The position numbers and the translations under genes are program-made. A model generated the notes under the pieces. It did not search any database. It had not been told where the DNA came from and was given only the letters and a program-made list of their open reading frames with translations. Positions 1 through 8,748 of a stretch of 64,000 nucleotides of DNA are shown here, piece by piece. Positions within the stretch are counted from its first letter, which is position 1. Every line of letters starts with the position of its first letter. This DNA is from Polyangiaceae bacterium (GTDB lineage Bacteria; Myxococcota_A; Polyangia; Polyangiales; Polyangiaceae), in the NCBI GenBank assembly GCA_050287085.1, contig JBNKBE010000016.1:64001-128000 (forward strand), given 5' to 3'.

Positions 1-318
1 CATGCCCCCGCTGAAGTCGAGGGGGTTGGAGACGTCGATCAGGATTTTACCTGCGAGTTGGCTTTCTCCGGCCAGGGTGAGGGCTTCCAGCGATGCGACA
101 CCTGCCGTGCAGTTGAAGACGAGCTCAGCCGCGTCGGCAGCGGCGGAGAAGGTGGACAGATGGGCGTTGCCGGCACTGCTGCCGAGCGTCTCGAGCCATG
201 CTGCACCCTTGGTATTGTGGGCGCTACGCGAACCCAGCCAGACCTCGTGCCCCAGGTGGCTGAGCCTTGTGCCCAAGGTCGTTCCGACATTACCCGTACC
301 TAAGATTGCGATTTTCAT
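1..318 (-). CDS. NAD(P)-binding oxidoreductase (NADPH-dependent F420 reductase-like family), 3' end outside window
   Basis: Manual translation from ATG at 318: MKIAILGTGNVGTTLGTRL...GHEVWLGSR...GKILIDVSNPLDFSGGM. Has a Rossmann GxGxxG and an IDxSNP motif. Divergent from a LysR gene. Absent from the ORF track because it is truncated. Confidence 0.85.
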   Translation of the reverse strand, partial: MKIAILGTGNVGTTLGTRLSHLGHEVWLGSRSAHNTKGAAWLETLGSSAGNAHLSTFSAAADAAELVFNCTAGVASLEALTLAGESQLAGKILIDVSNPLDFSGGM

Positions 319-453
319 GATGATGGCTTTCTGCTGTCAGGAGTTCGCACAGCAACTTCGTTGATGACCGGAGACGCCAGTGTATCGCCGTCTGGGTTGG
401 GGTGAAGAGCCTCGTGGGTTGATTAATTGTTAACTTTTTGTCATTAGTTTGTC

Positions 454-1368
454 ATGGCCGATCCGTTCTCCGGGGTAGAGGCATTTGTGGCTATCGCGCG
501 TTGTCGGAGCTTTCGCGCTGCCGCGCGAGAACTTGGGGTGAGCAGTCCTGCCGTCAGCAAGGCCCTTCGCCGACTCGAGGAAGACGTAGGGGTTCGCTTG
601 CTGGACCGCACCACTCGCCGCGTCGAGTTGACAGCGGAAGGGCGCCTCTTCGTGGAGCATTGCCAGGAAGCCCTGACGCAGGTGCAGGTTGGACGTCAGC
701 GTCTGGAGCAGGCCCGTTCCGTTGTCGCGGGCGAGCTCGTGGTCGCCCTGTCATCTATTCTCGGGCCCACCGTCGTTAGGCACCTGCCGGAGTTTGGTCG
801 CCGCTATCCGGGGCTGAAGGTTCGGATGACGTTTGCCGATCGGATGAGTCAGCTGGTTGAGGAGCACATCGACGTGGCGCTACGGATCGGTTCGCATGAC
901 GCTACGACGGCGATCAGCCGCAAGGTACTGAGCACCCGTTGGGTTACCGTCGCGGCTCCGGCCTACGTAGCGGAACGAGGGCAGCCGGAGTGTGCGGACG
1001 ATCTGGCGGGACACGATTGCGCGGCCTACCGTTCGCCGCGAGGTGTGGTGGTCCCTTGGGAGTTTTGCGAGCCCGGATCGCTACGGACTATGCGAGTGCG
1101 CGTCGAGCCGCGCCTCGTCGTTGACCAAGGACAGCTGTTGTTGGACGCCGCCATGGCGGGCGCGGGTCTAGTGCACGTCCTCGACTTCATGGTGCAGGCC
1201 GAGCTCCAGCGGGGAACACTGGTGCGGGTCCTTCCGTCTCTTGAGTGTAAGGGGCCGGCCGTACACGCCCTCTGCAAGCCGGGGCACCAACAGGTTCCTA
1301 AGGTGCGGGCTCTATTGGACTTCATCCGCGACAAGTTGGCCAGCGCCCATTCGCTACCGGGGAGATAG
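454..1368 (+). CDS. LysR-family transcriptional regulator (CrgA/DmlR-like)
   Basis: HTH 'SFRAAARELGVSSPAVSKALRRLEEDVGVRLLDRTTRRVELTAEG', 304 aa, with 'IDVALRIG' and 'PKVRALLDF'. Confidence 0.95.
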   Translation: MADPFSGVEAFVAIARCRSFRAAARELGVSSPAVSKALRRLEEDVGVRLLDRTTRRVELTAEGRLFVEHCQEALTQVQVGRQRLEQARSVVAGELVVALSSILGPTVVRHLPEFGRRYPGLKVRMTFADRMSQLVEEHIDVALRIGSHDATTAISRKVLSTRWVTVAAPAYVAERGQPECADDLAGHDCAAYRSPRGVVVPWEFCEPGSLRTMRVRVEPRLVVDQGQLLLDAAMAGAGLVHVLDFMVQAELQRGTLVRVLPSLECKGPAVHALCKPGHQQVPKVRALLDFIRDKLASAHSLPGR

Positions 1369-1501
1369 CCGCCTCGGGTTTCAGGGCGCCCCATCGCTGT
1401 GATGCAGAACTCGCCGGCCGCCTTCGGTGGCGGAGCTGAAGCCGTGCTGGCCACCTATACGCGCAAATAGTTCCCGGCGAGGTTCAAGTTCGCGCGTGCC
1501 T

Positions 1502-1963
1502 CTAGCCTACAGTGCTTTCAGGCTTCTCGGAGGACGCGCGCAGACCACGGAGATTGTGAGCTATGGCATTGGCAAATTGACCACGGAGTGGCCAGGCGAA
1601 AAGGCTTCCAAGCAGTCCCCCCTTCAGGGTGAACGTCATTGTTTGCTGAACCCGTGTCCCTTGATTGGCGCCGTCGGATAACACAAAGTCAACGACCAGC
1701 CCGCTGAAGATGGGGGGCAGGCCCTCATAGACCTCAAGGGTGTAGCCGCGGCCTTCGGACCACCGCGTGGCTCGCTCTTTGGCATAGCCCCGGGGGGCGA
1801 TGTCGCAGTGCCGGGCCGCGCCCACGCCCGTTCGTTGTTCGGATTCCCAGTGGGAGGCGCGTACGTTTGGGGAATAGTCCGCCACCGCTCCCAGATCGGC
1901 GAGCAGCGTCCAAACACGTTGTCGAGGTGCACGAATGTCTATGGCTTGTGTGATGCTAGGCAT
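1502..1963 (-). CDS. SRPBCC (polyketide cyclase/START-like) family protein
   Basis: MPSITQAIDIRAPRQRVWTLLAD...GVGAARHC. Start placed at the internal ATG 1963, because the longer ORF overlaps the LysR gene. Confidence 0.8.
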   Translation of the reverse strand: MPSITQAIDIRAPRQRVWTLLADLGAVADYSPNVRASHWESEQRTGVGAARHCDIAPRGYAKERATRWSEGRGYTLEVYEGLPPIFSGLVVDFVLSDGANQGTRVQQTMTFTLKGGLLGSLFAWPLRGQFANAIAHNLRGLRASSEKPESTVG

Positions 1964-2018
1964 GGTCCTAGCGTTACCTGCAGCCGCTTTCCAGTGAAAC
2001 GCCCCTTGCTGATACCCG

Positions 2019-2960
2019 TCATGCGTCCGGCGCATGGTGTTCGGCAGCCATGATCTTTGCCACCCGTCGCAGCTGAGCCCGGATCCACACTGCTCTGGGA
2101 TCTCGATGCGTTCGCTCGTGCCACACCATGGCGAAGCGCGTGGGAGGTAGTTCGAAGGGGACGCGTCGCACCTCGAGCCCGCCAAGGCGCGAGAAGTAGT
2201 GAGCGAGCGACGAAGATGTGGTCAGTAGAAGATCGCTTCTCGAGGTGAGCAGTGGGGTGATCGATGCCTGCTGATACGGAACGCGCAGCACTTTGCGGCG
2301 TGATAACCCATGGCGCGCGAGAGCTTCATCGATAGCATTGCTCCCGTGTCCGTGCAGGGTGACCTCGAGATGTTCGAACCCGGCGTAGGATTCAGTATTC
2401 CACGGAAGCTTCGCACGCGGATGACCGGTTCTCAGCAGGCAAGACCAGTCGAGGTCAAGAAGGTCACGGGAGTAGATACCGGCCTCATCACCGACAGGAG
2501 CGCCCACGCTGAGTTCGATGTCGCCCGAAGCTAGCTGCGACCTCCAATCAATAGACCACTGTACCACGCGCAGGTCGAGGCCCGGAGCTGACTTGCGCAG
2601 CAGCTCGAGCAGCGGTGGTACGAGCTGCAGTACCACGACGTCTGGCGCGCACAGTCGGAGTTCACCCCGCGCGCTGGCGGGCTCGAATGCCGTTGGCACG
2701 ATCAGTGAACCGATTTGGTCGAGGAGTCGCTCTACGTCAGGGAGCAGGGAGAGCGCGCGCGGGGTGAGTTGCATCACCGTACCCGCCCGCACCAGAAGCT
2801 CATCGTCGAGGAGTTCACGAAGTCGGCCGAGGGCGCGGCTCATCGCAGATTGGCTTAGGGCAACTCGTCGTGCTGCCCGAGTCACATGTGCTTCGACCAG
2901 CAGTGCGTGTAGTGGCACCAGCAAGTTCAGGTCCACACTCGACAAGTCGCGCTTCGGCAT
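2019..2960 (-). CDS. LysR-family transcriptional regulator (NodD/MexT-like)
   Basis: 'VDLNLLVPLHALLVEAHVTRAARRVALSQSAMSRALGRLRELLDDELLVR' and C-terminal 'WHERTHRDPRAVWIR'. Confidence 0.95.
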   Translation of the reverse strand: MPKRDLSSVDLNLLVPLHALLVEAHVTRAARRVALSQSAMSRALGRLRELLDDELLVRAGTVMQLTPRALSLLPDVERLLDQIGSLIVPTAFEPASARGELRLCAPDVVVLQLVPPLLELLRKSAPGLDLRVVQWSIDWRSQLASGDIELSVGAPVGDEAGIYSRDLLDLDWSCLLRTGHPRAKLPWNTESYAGFEHLEVTLHGHGSNAIDEALARHGLSRRKVLRVPYQQASITPLLTSRSDLLLTTSSSLAHYFSRLGGLEVRRVPFELPPTRFAMVWHERTHRDPRAVWIRAQLRRVAKIMAAEHHAPDA

Positions 2961-3028
2961 GGCGCCTTTGATATCACGTTCTTTGACTGTCTGTTACCGA
3001 CCGCGTGGGCCCAGAGCGCGGGCGCGTG

Positions 3029-3100
3029 CAGGGCTGGGTGATGGACAGGGCTGTGTAATGAACAGGGCTGTGCACCGGACAGGGCTGGGTGATGAACAGG
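3029..3100. repeat. Intergenic tandem direct repeat, 4 x 17 bp plus a partial copy
   Basis: Units cagggctgggtgatgga / cagggctgtgtaatgaa / cagggctgtgcaccgga / cagggctgggtgatgaa / cagg, with an invariant CAGGGCTG core. Confidence 0.9.
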
Positions 3101-3147
3101 TGACGCGCCGTGTTGCGCGAACCTGAACATGGGGAAGGGTCGAGACG

Positions 3148-5529
3148 TCAGTACTTGAGCGTGACGGCGAGACCCGCCTCTGCAGGCCGTGAGCGTGTGC
3201 TTTGGGACGGTCGGTAGCGCTGGTCGGTGAGGTTCTTGCCGTAGAGCTCTGAGATCAGTCGCAGACGTCCAGCCAGGTTCCACGTGTAGCCGAGCAGCGT
3301 ATTGAAGAGCGCGTAGCTCTGACGGTATTCCGCAGGAGTATCGGGCAACAAGGCTTGGTCCAACACAAGGTGAACCCCCGCCGCGAGATACATCCCGGCC
3401 AGATATCCAGTGAGAAAGTCGTAGCGACTCCACAGATTGAAGAGATGAGGGGCGCTCATCTGCAGCGGAGCGCCGTGATAGCGGAAGGCCTCTTTGTAGC
3501 CCGGAGCCGAACGGTCGCCGGCAAGAACTTGGGTGTCGTGACCGCTGAATTCGACGATGCGTGCGTTGTTGTAGCTATAGGAAAGCAGCGATTGCCAGTG
3601 ATCGAAGGGGGTTAGCACGGCGTCGAACTCGACGCCGGATGTGCGTTGCTCTCCGCTCTGCACACGGGTGAAGACCTGAGCTCCTGTGGTCGGATCGAGG
3701 TGGGCAATATCGTTTACGATATTGGAATTTCTCACGTCAAAGAGTGTGGCCGTGCCAGTGATTCGGCCTTGAAGGAGGTCGACCTTTGCTCCGATGTCTA
3801 CGCCGCTTCCGCGGGTTGGCTGTGCGGGGCCGGTCAGGACGTTGTTAACCTGCAGCGGCTCCGGCACCGGAACAAACGACTCCGCGTAGGTGGCAAATAA
3901 CGCTACGTTGGGGAGGCCGTCATACAAGAGACCGTATTGCGGCGTGAAGCGGTGGGCGTGAAGCTGGGGTGCGGCCGCTCTGGTCAGGCGATCCAAGACT
4001 TGGCTTTCCGTTCTCGTGCCGCGCACGCCAGCCAACAACAGCAGTTCCGAGTCGAAGAGGCCGAGAGTGGTTCCGGCAAAAGCCGCTCGGTCCCGCGAAC
4101 GGGTGGTGCGGGAACGCCGAAAGTCCGTAAACTCCGGCGCCGCCACCGTGGCGTCGCGGTCCCAGGTGGTTGGGTCCCGAAGGTCCCAGTTCGGGAGCGG
4201 AGAGGCAACTGGGCCGAATGCCGGATCGTTCGGGACCTGACCCGCGGAAGCGTCGAAGCGGCGCACGACATATTGCGCTCCGAGGAGCAAGCGAAGCTGG
4301 GCGAAGCCCAGGTCGTAGTGACCGGTGGCATTGAGGTCGAAGGTGTCGTCCCAAGTGGTGTACAACTGTTTGCGAATGCGCCTGCCTTGGATGAAGGGGA
4401 GTTCGCTCGAGACACCGAAGTTGCCACTGAACAACATGTCCACGGAGTACTTGCTCTGCGCGTAGCCGGCGCGGACATCCCAATGAGGCCCGGCCTTGAC
4501 GTCCAAGGTAGCCGTCAGGCTTGATGTGTCGCTGGAGCGGTAGTCGCTATTGGACATACTGTTCCAGGTATCCGGTAAGCCGGAAGCGGGCACGCCATTG
4601 CGATTGGGGTCGCTTGCTGTCGGTACGATGCCCTGTTGGGGCCCGTAGCCTGGCACTTGCATGACCTGAGGGGACTCCCTCTTGCGGTAAGTCTCCTGCT
4701 TAACAGTGAGCGTTACCGCTCGACTGGGCCTCCACAGGATGGCAGGGGCGAAGTCCACTGAGTGCGCGTCGTAGGGACGCCAGTAGTGAATGTCTTGGTC
4801 CACGGAGGAAACGAAGCGGACCATCAACGACCGCGCGATCGGTCCGGTAACGTCTCCCTCGAACCGGTAGGCTCCGTAGGAGCCGTATCGAAACATGGCG
4901 CTCGATGCGAATTGTGGCTGCGGCGTCTTGGTAATGACGTTGACGATGCCTCCGGGGGCGACCTGGCCGTATAGGAAGGAGGCAGGGCCTTTGACGATTT
5001 CGAGGCGAGAGATGTTGGTGAACTCGAAGATGGACGGGCCGTGGAAGCCGTCGCGCAGGATTTGAACGCTGCCGGGGGTAGAACCGACAGCAAAACCGCG
5101 AATCGCTAGATTGGCGTTGCCCTCGTTGAAGTCGTTGCTGTGGTAGGTGACGCTGGGGGAATAGCGAGCGATATCGTAAACGGTTACCGGCTTAACATCT
5201 TCGATGAAGGGTTGGGTGAACGCCTGAATCGGAAACGGTAGCTCTCGGATCGGGGTATCCAGTCGTGAACCCGTTACGGAGCTGAAGGCCTGGTAGCCGA
5301 CGTCACGCGAGGTCGAGACATCGAAGGGCGAAATCCGGACCTCCATCAGCTCTTCCAGACTCAGTTCCGACACCTGAGAGGTCACGTCGGTGTCAGCGAA
5401 TTCCGGAGTTGCCGCCTGCGCGATGGATAGGGCACCCATCAGCACGCAAAGGGAGACCCCGAGAGCAGTTCGTGACCCAGGCGCGTTGAGCGCGCACGGG
5501 GCCGCTATCAAGTCACGGCCGCGATACAT
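3148..5529 (-). CDS. TonB-dependent receptor (siderophore-receptor-like)
   Basis: Signal peptide, plug motifs 'TGSRLDTPIRELPFPIQAF' and 'ISRLEIVKGPASFLYGQVAPGGIVNVITK', 'KNLTDQRY', and a C-terminal beta-strand ending in Tyr. Confidence 0.92.
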   Translation of the reverse strand: MYRGRDLIAAPCALNAPGSRTALGVSLCVLMGALSIAQAATPEFADTDVTSQVSELSLEELMEVRISPFDVSTSRDVGYQAFSSVTGSRLDTPIRELPFPIQAFTQPFIEDVKPVTVYDIARYSPSVTYHSNDFNEGNANLAIRGFAVGSTPGSVQILRDGFHGPSIFEFTNISRLEIVKGPASFLYGQVAPGGIVNVITKTPQPQFASSAMFRYGSYGAYRFEGDVTGPIARSLMVRFVSSVDQDIHYWRPYDAHSVDFAPAILWRPSRAVTLTVKQETYRKRESPQVMQVPGYGPQQGIVPTASDPNRNGVPASGLPDTWNSMSNSDYRSSDTSSLTATLDVKAGPHWDVRAGYAQSKYSVDMLFSGNFGVSSELPFIQGRRIRKQLYTTWDDTFDLNATGHYDLGFAQLRLLLGAQYVVRRFDASAGQVPNDPAFGPVASPLPNWDLRDPTTWDRDATVAAPEFTDFRRSRTTRSRDRAAFAGTTLGLFDSELLLLAGVRGTRTESQVLDRLTRAAAPQLHAHRFTPQYGLLYDGLPNVALFATYAESFVPVPEPLQVNNVLTGPAQPTRGSGVDIGAKVDLLQGRITGTATLFDVRNSNIVNDIAHLDPTTGAQVFTRVQSGEQRTSGVEFDAVLTPFDHWQSLLSYSYNNARIVEFSGHDTQVLAGDRSAPGYKEAFRYHGAPLQMSAPHLFNLWSRYDFLTGYLAGMYLAAGVHLVLDQALLPDTPAEYRQSYALFNTLLGYTWNLAGRLRLISELYGKNLTDQRYRPSQSTRSRPAEAGLAVTLKY

Positions 5530-5885
5530 CTGTTACCCCCAAACGGCGCCATATTGCCAGTCGAACGGAGCTGAGGGCAAGGTGGTGAGCCCGCAGCTCT
5601 TGCGCGGGGTCCGTTGGCCGAACCGGGCCCGGGGCCATCGAGAAAGGACATCCTTTGTAAGCCCTCCGCTGGTGCTTCGACTCGTCGCGTCAAAAAGGTC
5701 CAAGCGTCGTGCAAAAACGGCGTGGAAATTCCGCGGTGGGCCACTTTCTTGGCTCGGCGGGAGGATTTTCGGGAGCGGGCGGTGGGGGCCGCGGGTAGCG
5801 TGTGTGATACTCGCGGTCTGGCTGTGTTAGTGGCTACGGACCTCGCTGCGCGGGCGGCACTCCGGCGCCCGATCTCCAATCCATC

Positions 5886-7226
5886 ATGAACAAGACTTTT
5901 CCCCGCTCGACGCGGCGCCGCACGCGCCCAATTTCCTTTGGTTTTCTTGCGCTGGCTCTAGTCGGGACCGGCTGCAACACTCCGGACGAGCCCGTTTCCA
6001 CGGCTCCAGGGTCGGGGGGCAATGGGGCTGGGCTGGCCGCTTCGGGGGGGGCAGGACCGGGGCCCGGAACCGGCGAGCCTCAGCTGGGCGTCGCGGGCGG
6101 CAGCTCCGGCGCGGCGGCGTCAGGGGGGATGAGCGGGGGAGAGGGCAATCCGCCGTCGGGCGGCAATGCCCCTTCAAATGCTGGAGCCAACGCGGGCGGG
6201 GGGCCCGATCAACCCGCCACCGAGCTTTGTGTAGATGTGGAACCGCCACCCAATGCGGAGTGGCCGGATGCAACGTGCGCCAATTGGGCAACCGAAACGG
6301 AAGAGTGTGATGCTCCTTGGTTCTCGGAGTACTGCGACGCCAGTTGTGGGCGTTGCGTGCCGGAGGGGGGCGCCATGGGTGACGATACTCCGCCGGTCCC
6401 GGAGCCCGAGCCCTGCGAGGATGTCTTACCGCCCCCGAATCCCGAGTGGCCAGGCGCGACGTGCACCGAGTGGGCCACGGAGACCGAGGAATGCAGTGCG
6501 GCCTGGTTTTCGGAATATTGCGACATCAGCTGCGGGCGCTGCGTGCCGGAGGGCGGGTTGCCTGAGGTGGCGGGCCCCCCGGACTGCTCGGGCGAAGGCT
6601 TGCCGAATGTCACGGGCGGCGAAGGTTTTGCCACGCGCTACTGGGATTGCTGTCAAACACACTGCTCCCAGTTTGGGGGCCAGCGCTGCGGTCAAGATGG
6701 GGTCAGCAGCACGGGCGACTCGAACAGCGCCTGCAACGGCGGCGGCTCCTTTGCGTGTTACAACGAAGCGCCCCACGCTGTCTCCGAATGCCTATCCTAC
6801 GGTCACATCGCGAAGGCGAGTCCTAACTGTGGTGGCTGCTACCGCATCCAATTCACTGGCCAAGGAGAACACAATCCTAACGATCCAGGCTCAAAGCTGA
6901 TCGCCGGAAAGCAGATGATCGTGAAGGTGAGCAATACGGGGGGAGACGTCGGGGGCAACCAATTTGATCTGATGATCCCTGGCGGTGGCGTCGGAATGTT
7001 CAACGCTTGCAGCCGCCAGTGGGGGTCGAATGACTTGGGGGCGCAATACGGCGGCTTCCTGACGGAGTGTTCCGGCAGTCATGACGCGAAGAAGGAATGC
7101 GTGCGAGCGCAGTGTATGAAGATCCCAGAAGGGGACGGCCGGGACGGATGTCTCTGGTTTGTGGATTGGTTCCAGGTTGCGGACAATCCGAAATTCACGT
7201 CCCAACCCACGGATTGCCCCTTCTAG
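5886..7226 (+). CDS. Lipoprotein with two Cys-rich repeats and a glycoside hydrolase family 45 endoglucanase domain
   Basis: Lipobox LVGTG-C and a Gly-rich linker. GH45 signatures 'ATRYWDCC' and 'NTGGDVGGNQFDLMIPGGGVGMFNAC' carry both catalytic Asp; also 'WG..LGAQYGG' and 'GCLWFVDWFQVADNP'. Confidence 0.9.
   Translation: MNKTFPRSTRRRTRPISFGFLALALVGTGCNTPDEPVSTAPGSGGNGAGLAASGGAGPGPGTGEPQLGVAGGSSGAAASGGMSGGEGNPPSGGNAPSNAGANAGGGPDQPATELCVDVEPPPNAEWPDATCANWATETEECDAPWFSEYCDASCGRCVPEGGAMGDDTPPVPEPEPCEDVLPPPNPEWPGATCTEWATETEECSAAWFSEYCDISCGRCVPEGGLPEVAGPPDCSGEGLPNVTGGEGFATRYWDCCQTHCSQFGGQRCGQDGVSSTGDSNSACNGGGSFACYNEAPHAVSECLSYGHIAKASPNCGGCYRIQFTGQGEHNPNDPGSKLIAGKQMIVKVSNTGGDVGGNQFDLMIPGGGVGMFNACSRQWGSNDLGAQYGGFLTECSGSHDAKKECVRAQCMKIPEGDGRDGCLWFVDWFQVADNPKFTSQPTDCPF
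6228..6557 (+). repeat. Two tandem 6-Cys modules (62-aa period) inside the GH45 protein
   Basis: CVDVEPPPNAEWPDATCANWATETEECDAPWFSEYCDASCGRCVPEGG versus CEDVLPPPNPEWPGATCTEWATETEECSAAWFSEYCDISCGRCVPEGG. Confidence 0.9.
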
Positions 7227-7594
7227 CGACTCCGAGGCGATCGCAGGGCGCGTGCCGGTGCCCCACGCGTCGGCTTCAGGCGGAGCCAGCGCGAGGGGCG
7301 CGCGCCAGAACGCTTCTCGGCTCCGCCCAAGCTTGTCAATGGTGTGCTGATGTGGGGCGCCTGACGTGTTGGGTCGAGCCGGAGCTCGAACGAGGCTTGG
7401 CGATCGGCGCTGCACGGACGGGCGAAGGGGACGTGCTGCTGTGTCGGTTTGCGAAGTGATCACCTCACAAGCGGCACAACGCCGCGGACCTGCGCCAAGA
7501 GAAGTGAGAGAGGGGTGCGCTGCCATCGATCGCGCTGGCACTCTGAACGCCTTGTTCGCTTGGTGTTGGACGGCGTGGATGTCACAGTGACGGC

Positions 7595-8587
7595 ATGGTC
7601 AGATGTTTCTCCGGCTCGTGGTCAGTGGTGGTCGTATCCAGCGTAGCGTTGGCGGCGCTTGCCTGCGCTTCCGCGACGGAGCCTCGCCGTGAAGTTCCGG
7701 GGCCGACGCCGCCCACTGGGTCCGTGGCCACCGACGGTGGGACCAGCGTCGCCGTTCCGACAACCGACGAGTCCGGAGACGAGTTTGGAGACGAGCCTGT
7801 GGACGTGGCTCGTCCGCCTTCAGTGGAGGTCTCGGATGCCTCCGCTGGTGTCAGCACCGTAGAGATCTTCGAGACGCTACCCGAGGGCTTCTTGCCTGCC
7901 GACGAGACGGACCCCGAGACCAGCAAAGGGGGGCTCAAGTTGCTGGGACCCCTGGCGGAAGTGTCAGCGCCGGAGGGCGAGTGTGGCAATATTCTGCGGA
8001 TCATCGTGCGGGACTTTCAAGGCACCCATGACGACTTCGAGAACGCATCGGACTGGAACCGCTACGAGGTGCAAACCCCCATTGGCGCGACTCGCAAGCC
8101 GGTGAAGGTGAGCGACACCGGTCCCACTCATTTTGAAGAGTGGTACCAGAACGTGGAAGGGACAAACCTTCCATTTGCAGTGGATCTTTGGTTGGAGCCG
8201 GTGAACGGAGTCTACGTATTCGACTCCACAGCGTTCTTTCCGCTGCACGATGTGGGGTACAACGACACCTATCTGTTTACGACGGAGTTGCACACGAACT
8301 TCGTATACCGGGAAGGGGACGTATTCACGTTCCGGGGAGACGACGATGTCTTCGTGTTCATCAACGGCCACGAGGCGGTCAATCTGAGCGGCGTTCACAT
8401 CGCTGAGGAGGCGACCGTAAGTCTTGATGAGGTGGCAGAAGACTTCGGGCTAGAACTTGGCAACGGGTATACCTTTGACTTATTTCAGGCGGAGCGGCAG
8501 CCGTCTGGTTCGAACTTTCGCTTGGAGACGACCCTGGACTTCACGGGCTGCGCCGAAATCTTACCGACGGATGTCATCATTCAGTAG
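7595..8587 (+). CDS. Fibro-slime (PA14-like) domain lipoprotein
   Basis: 'VRDFQGTHDDFE', 'FTTELHTNFVY...FTFRGDDDVFVFING...LSGVH', 'LFQAERQPSGSNFRLET'; lipobox ALA-C. Confidence 0.88.
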   Translation: MVRCFSGSWSVVVVSSVALAALACASATEPRREVPGPTPPTGSVATDGGTSVAVPTTDESGDEFGDEPVDVARPPSVEVSDASAGVSTVEIFETLPEGFLPADETDPETSKGGLKLLGPLAEVSAPEGECGNILRIIVRDFQGTHDDFENASDWNRYEVQTPIGATRKPVKVSDTGPTHFEEWYQNVEGTNLPFAVDLWLEPVNGVYVFDSTAFFPLHDVGYNDTYLFTTELHTNFVYREGDVFTFRGDDDVFVFINGHEAVNLSGVHIAEEATVSLDEVAEDFGLELGNGYTFDLFQAERQPSGSNFRLETTLDFTGCAEILPTDVIIQ

Positions 8588-8717
8588 GCGCGCCGCGGCT
8601 CCCCTCTTCTTTCAAGAGTAGGCTGACGGCTGCCGAGCTTCGCGTGGGGTGAAGCGAAAGCCGGGTCGCGGGTGAAATTGTTGCGGGGTTCCCCGCAAGG
8701 CCTTGCTGAGAGATGTC

Positions 8718-8748
8718 GGACAGACATATCCCTCAGATATGTCTGTCC
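8718..8748. promoter_or_regulatory. Perfect 13-bp inverted repeat overlapping the likely start codon (operator or hairpin)
   Basis: ggacagacatatc-cctca-gatatgtctgtcc; the ATG at 8739 lies in the right arm. Confidence 0.55.

Noticed and set aside
2..364. 120-aa plus-strand ORF
   Set aside because: Antisense shadow of the minus-strand oxidoreductase at 1-318.
3029..3100. Possible mini CRISPR array
   Set aside because: The 17-bp units are contiguous with no spacers, and no cas genes are in the window.
5530..5885. Cobalamin or other riboswitch upstream of the TonB-dependent receptor
   Set aside because: No B12-box or other conserved riboswitch core was recognisable on the minus strand.
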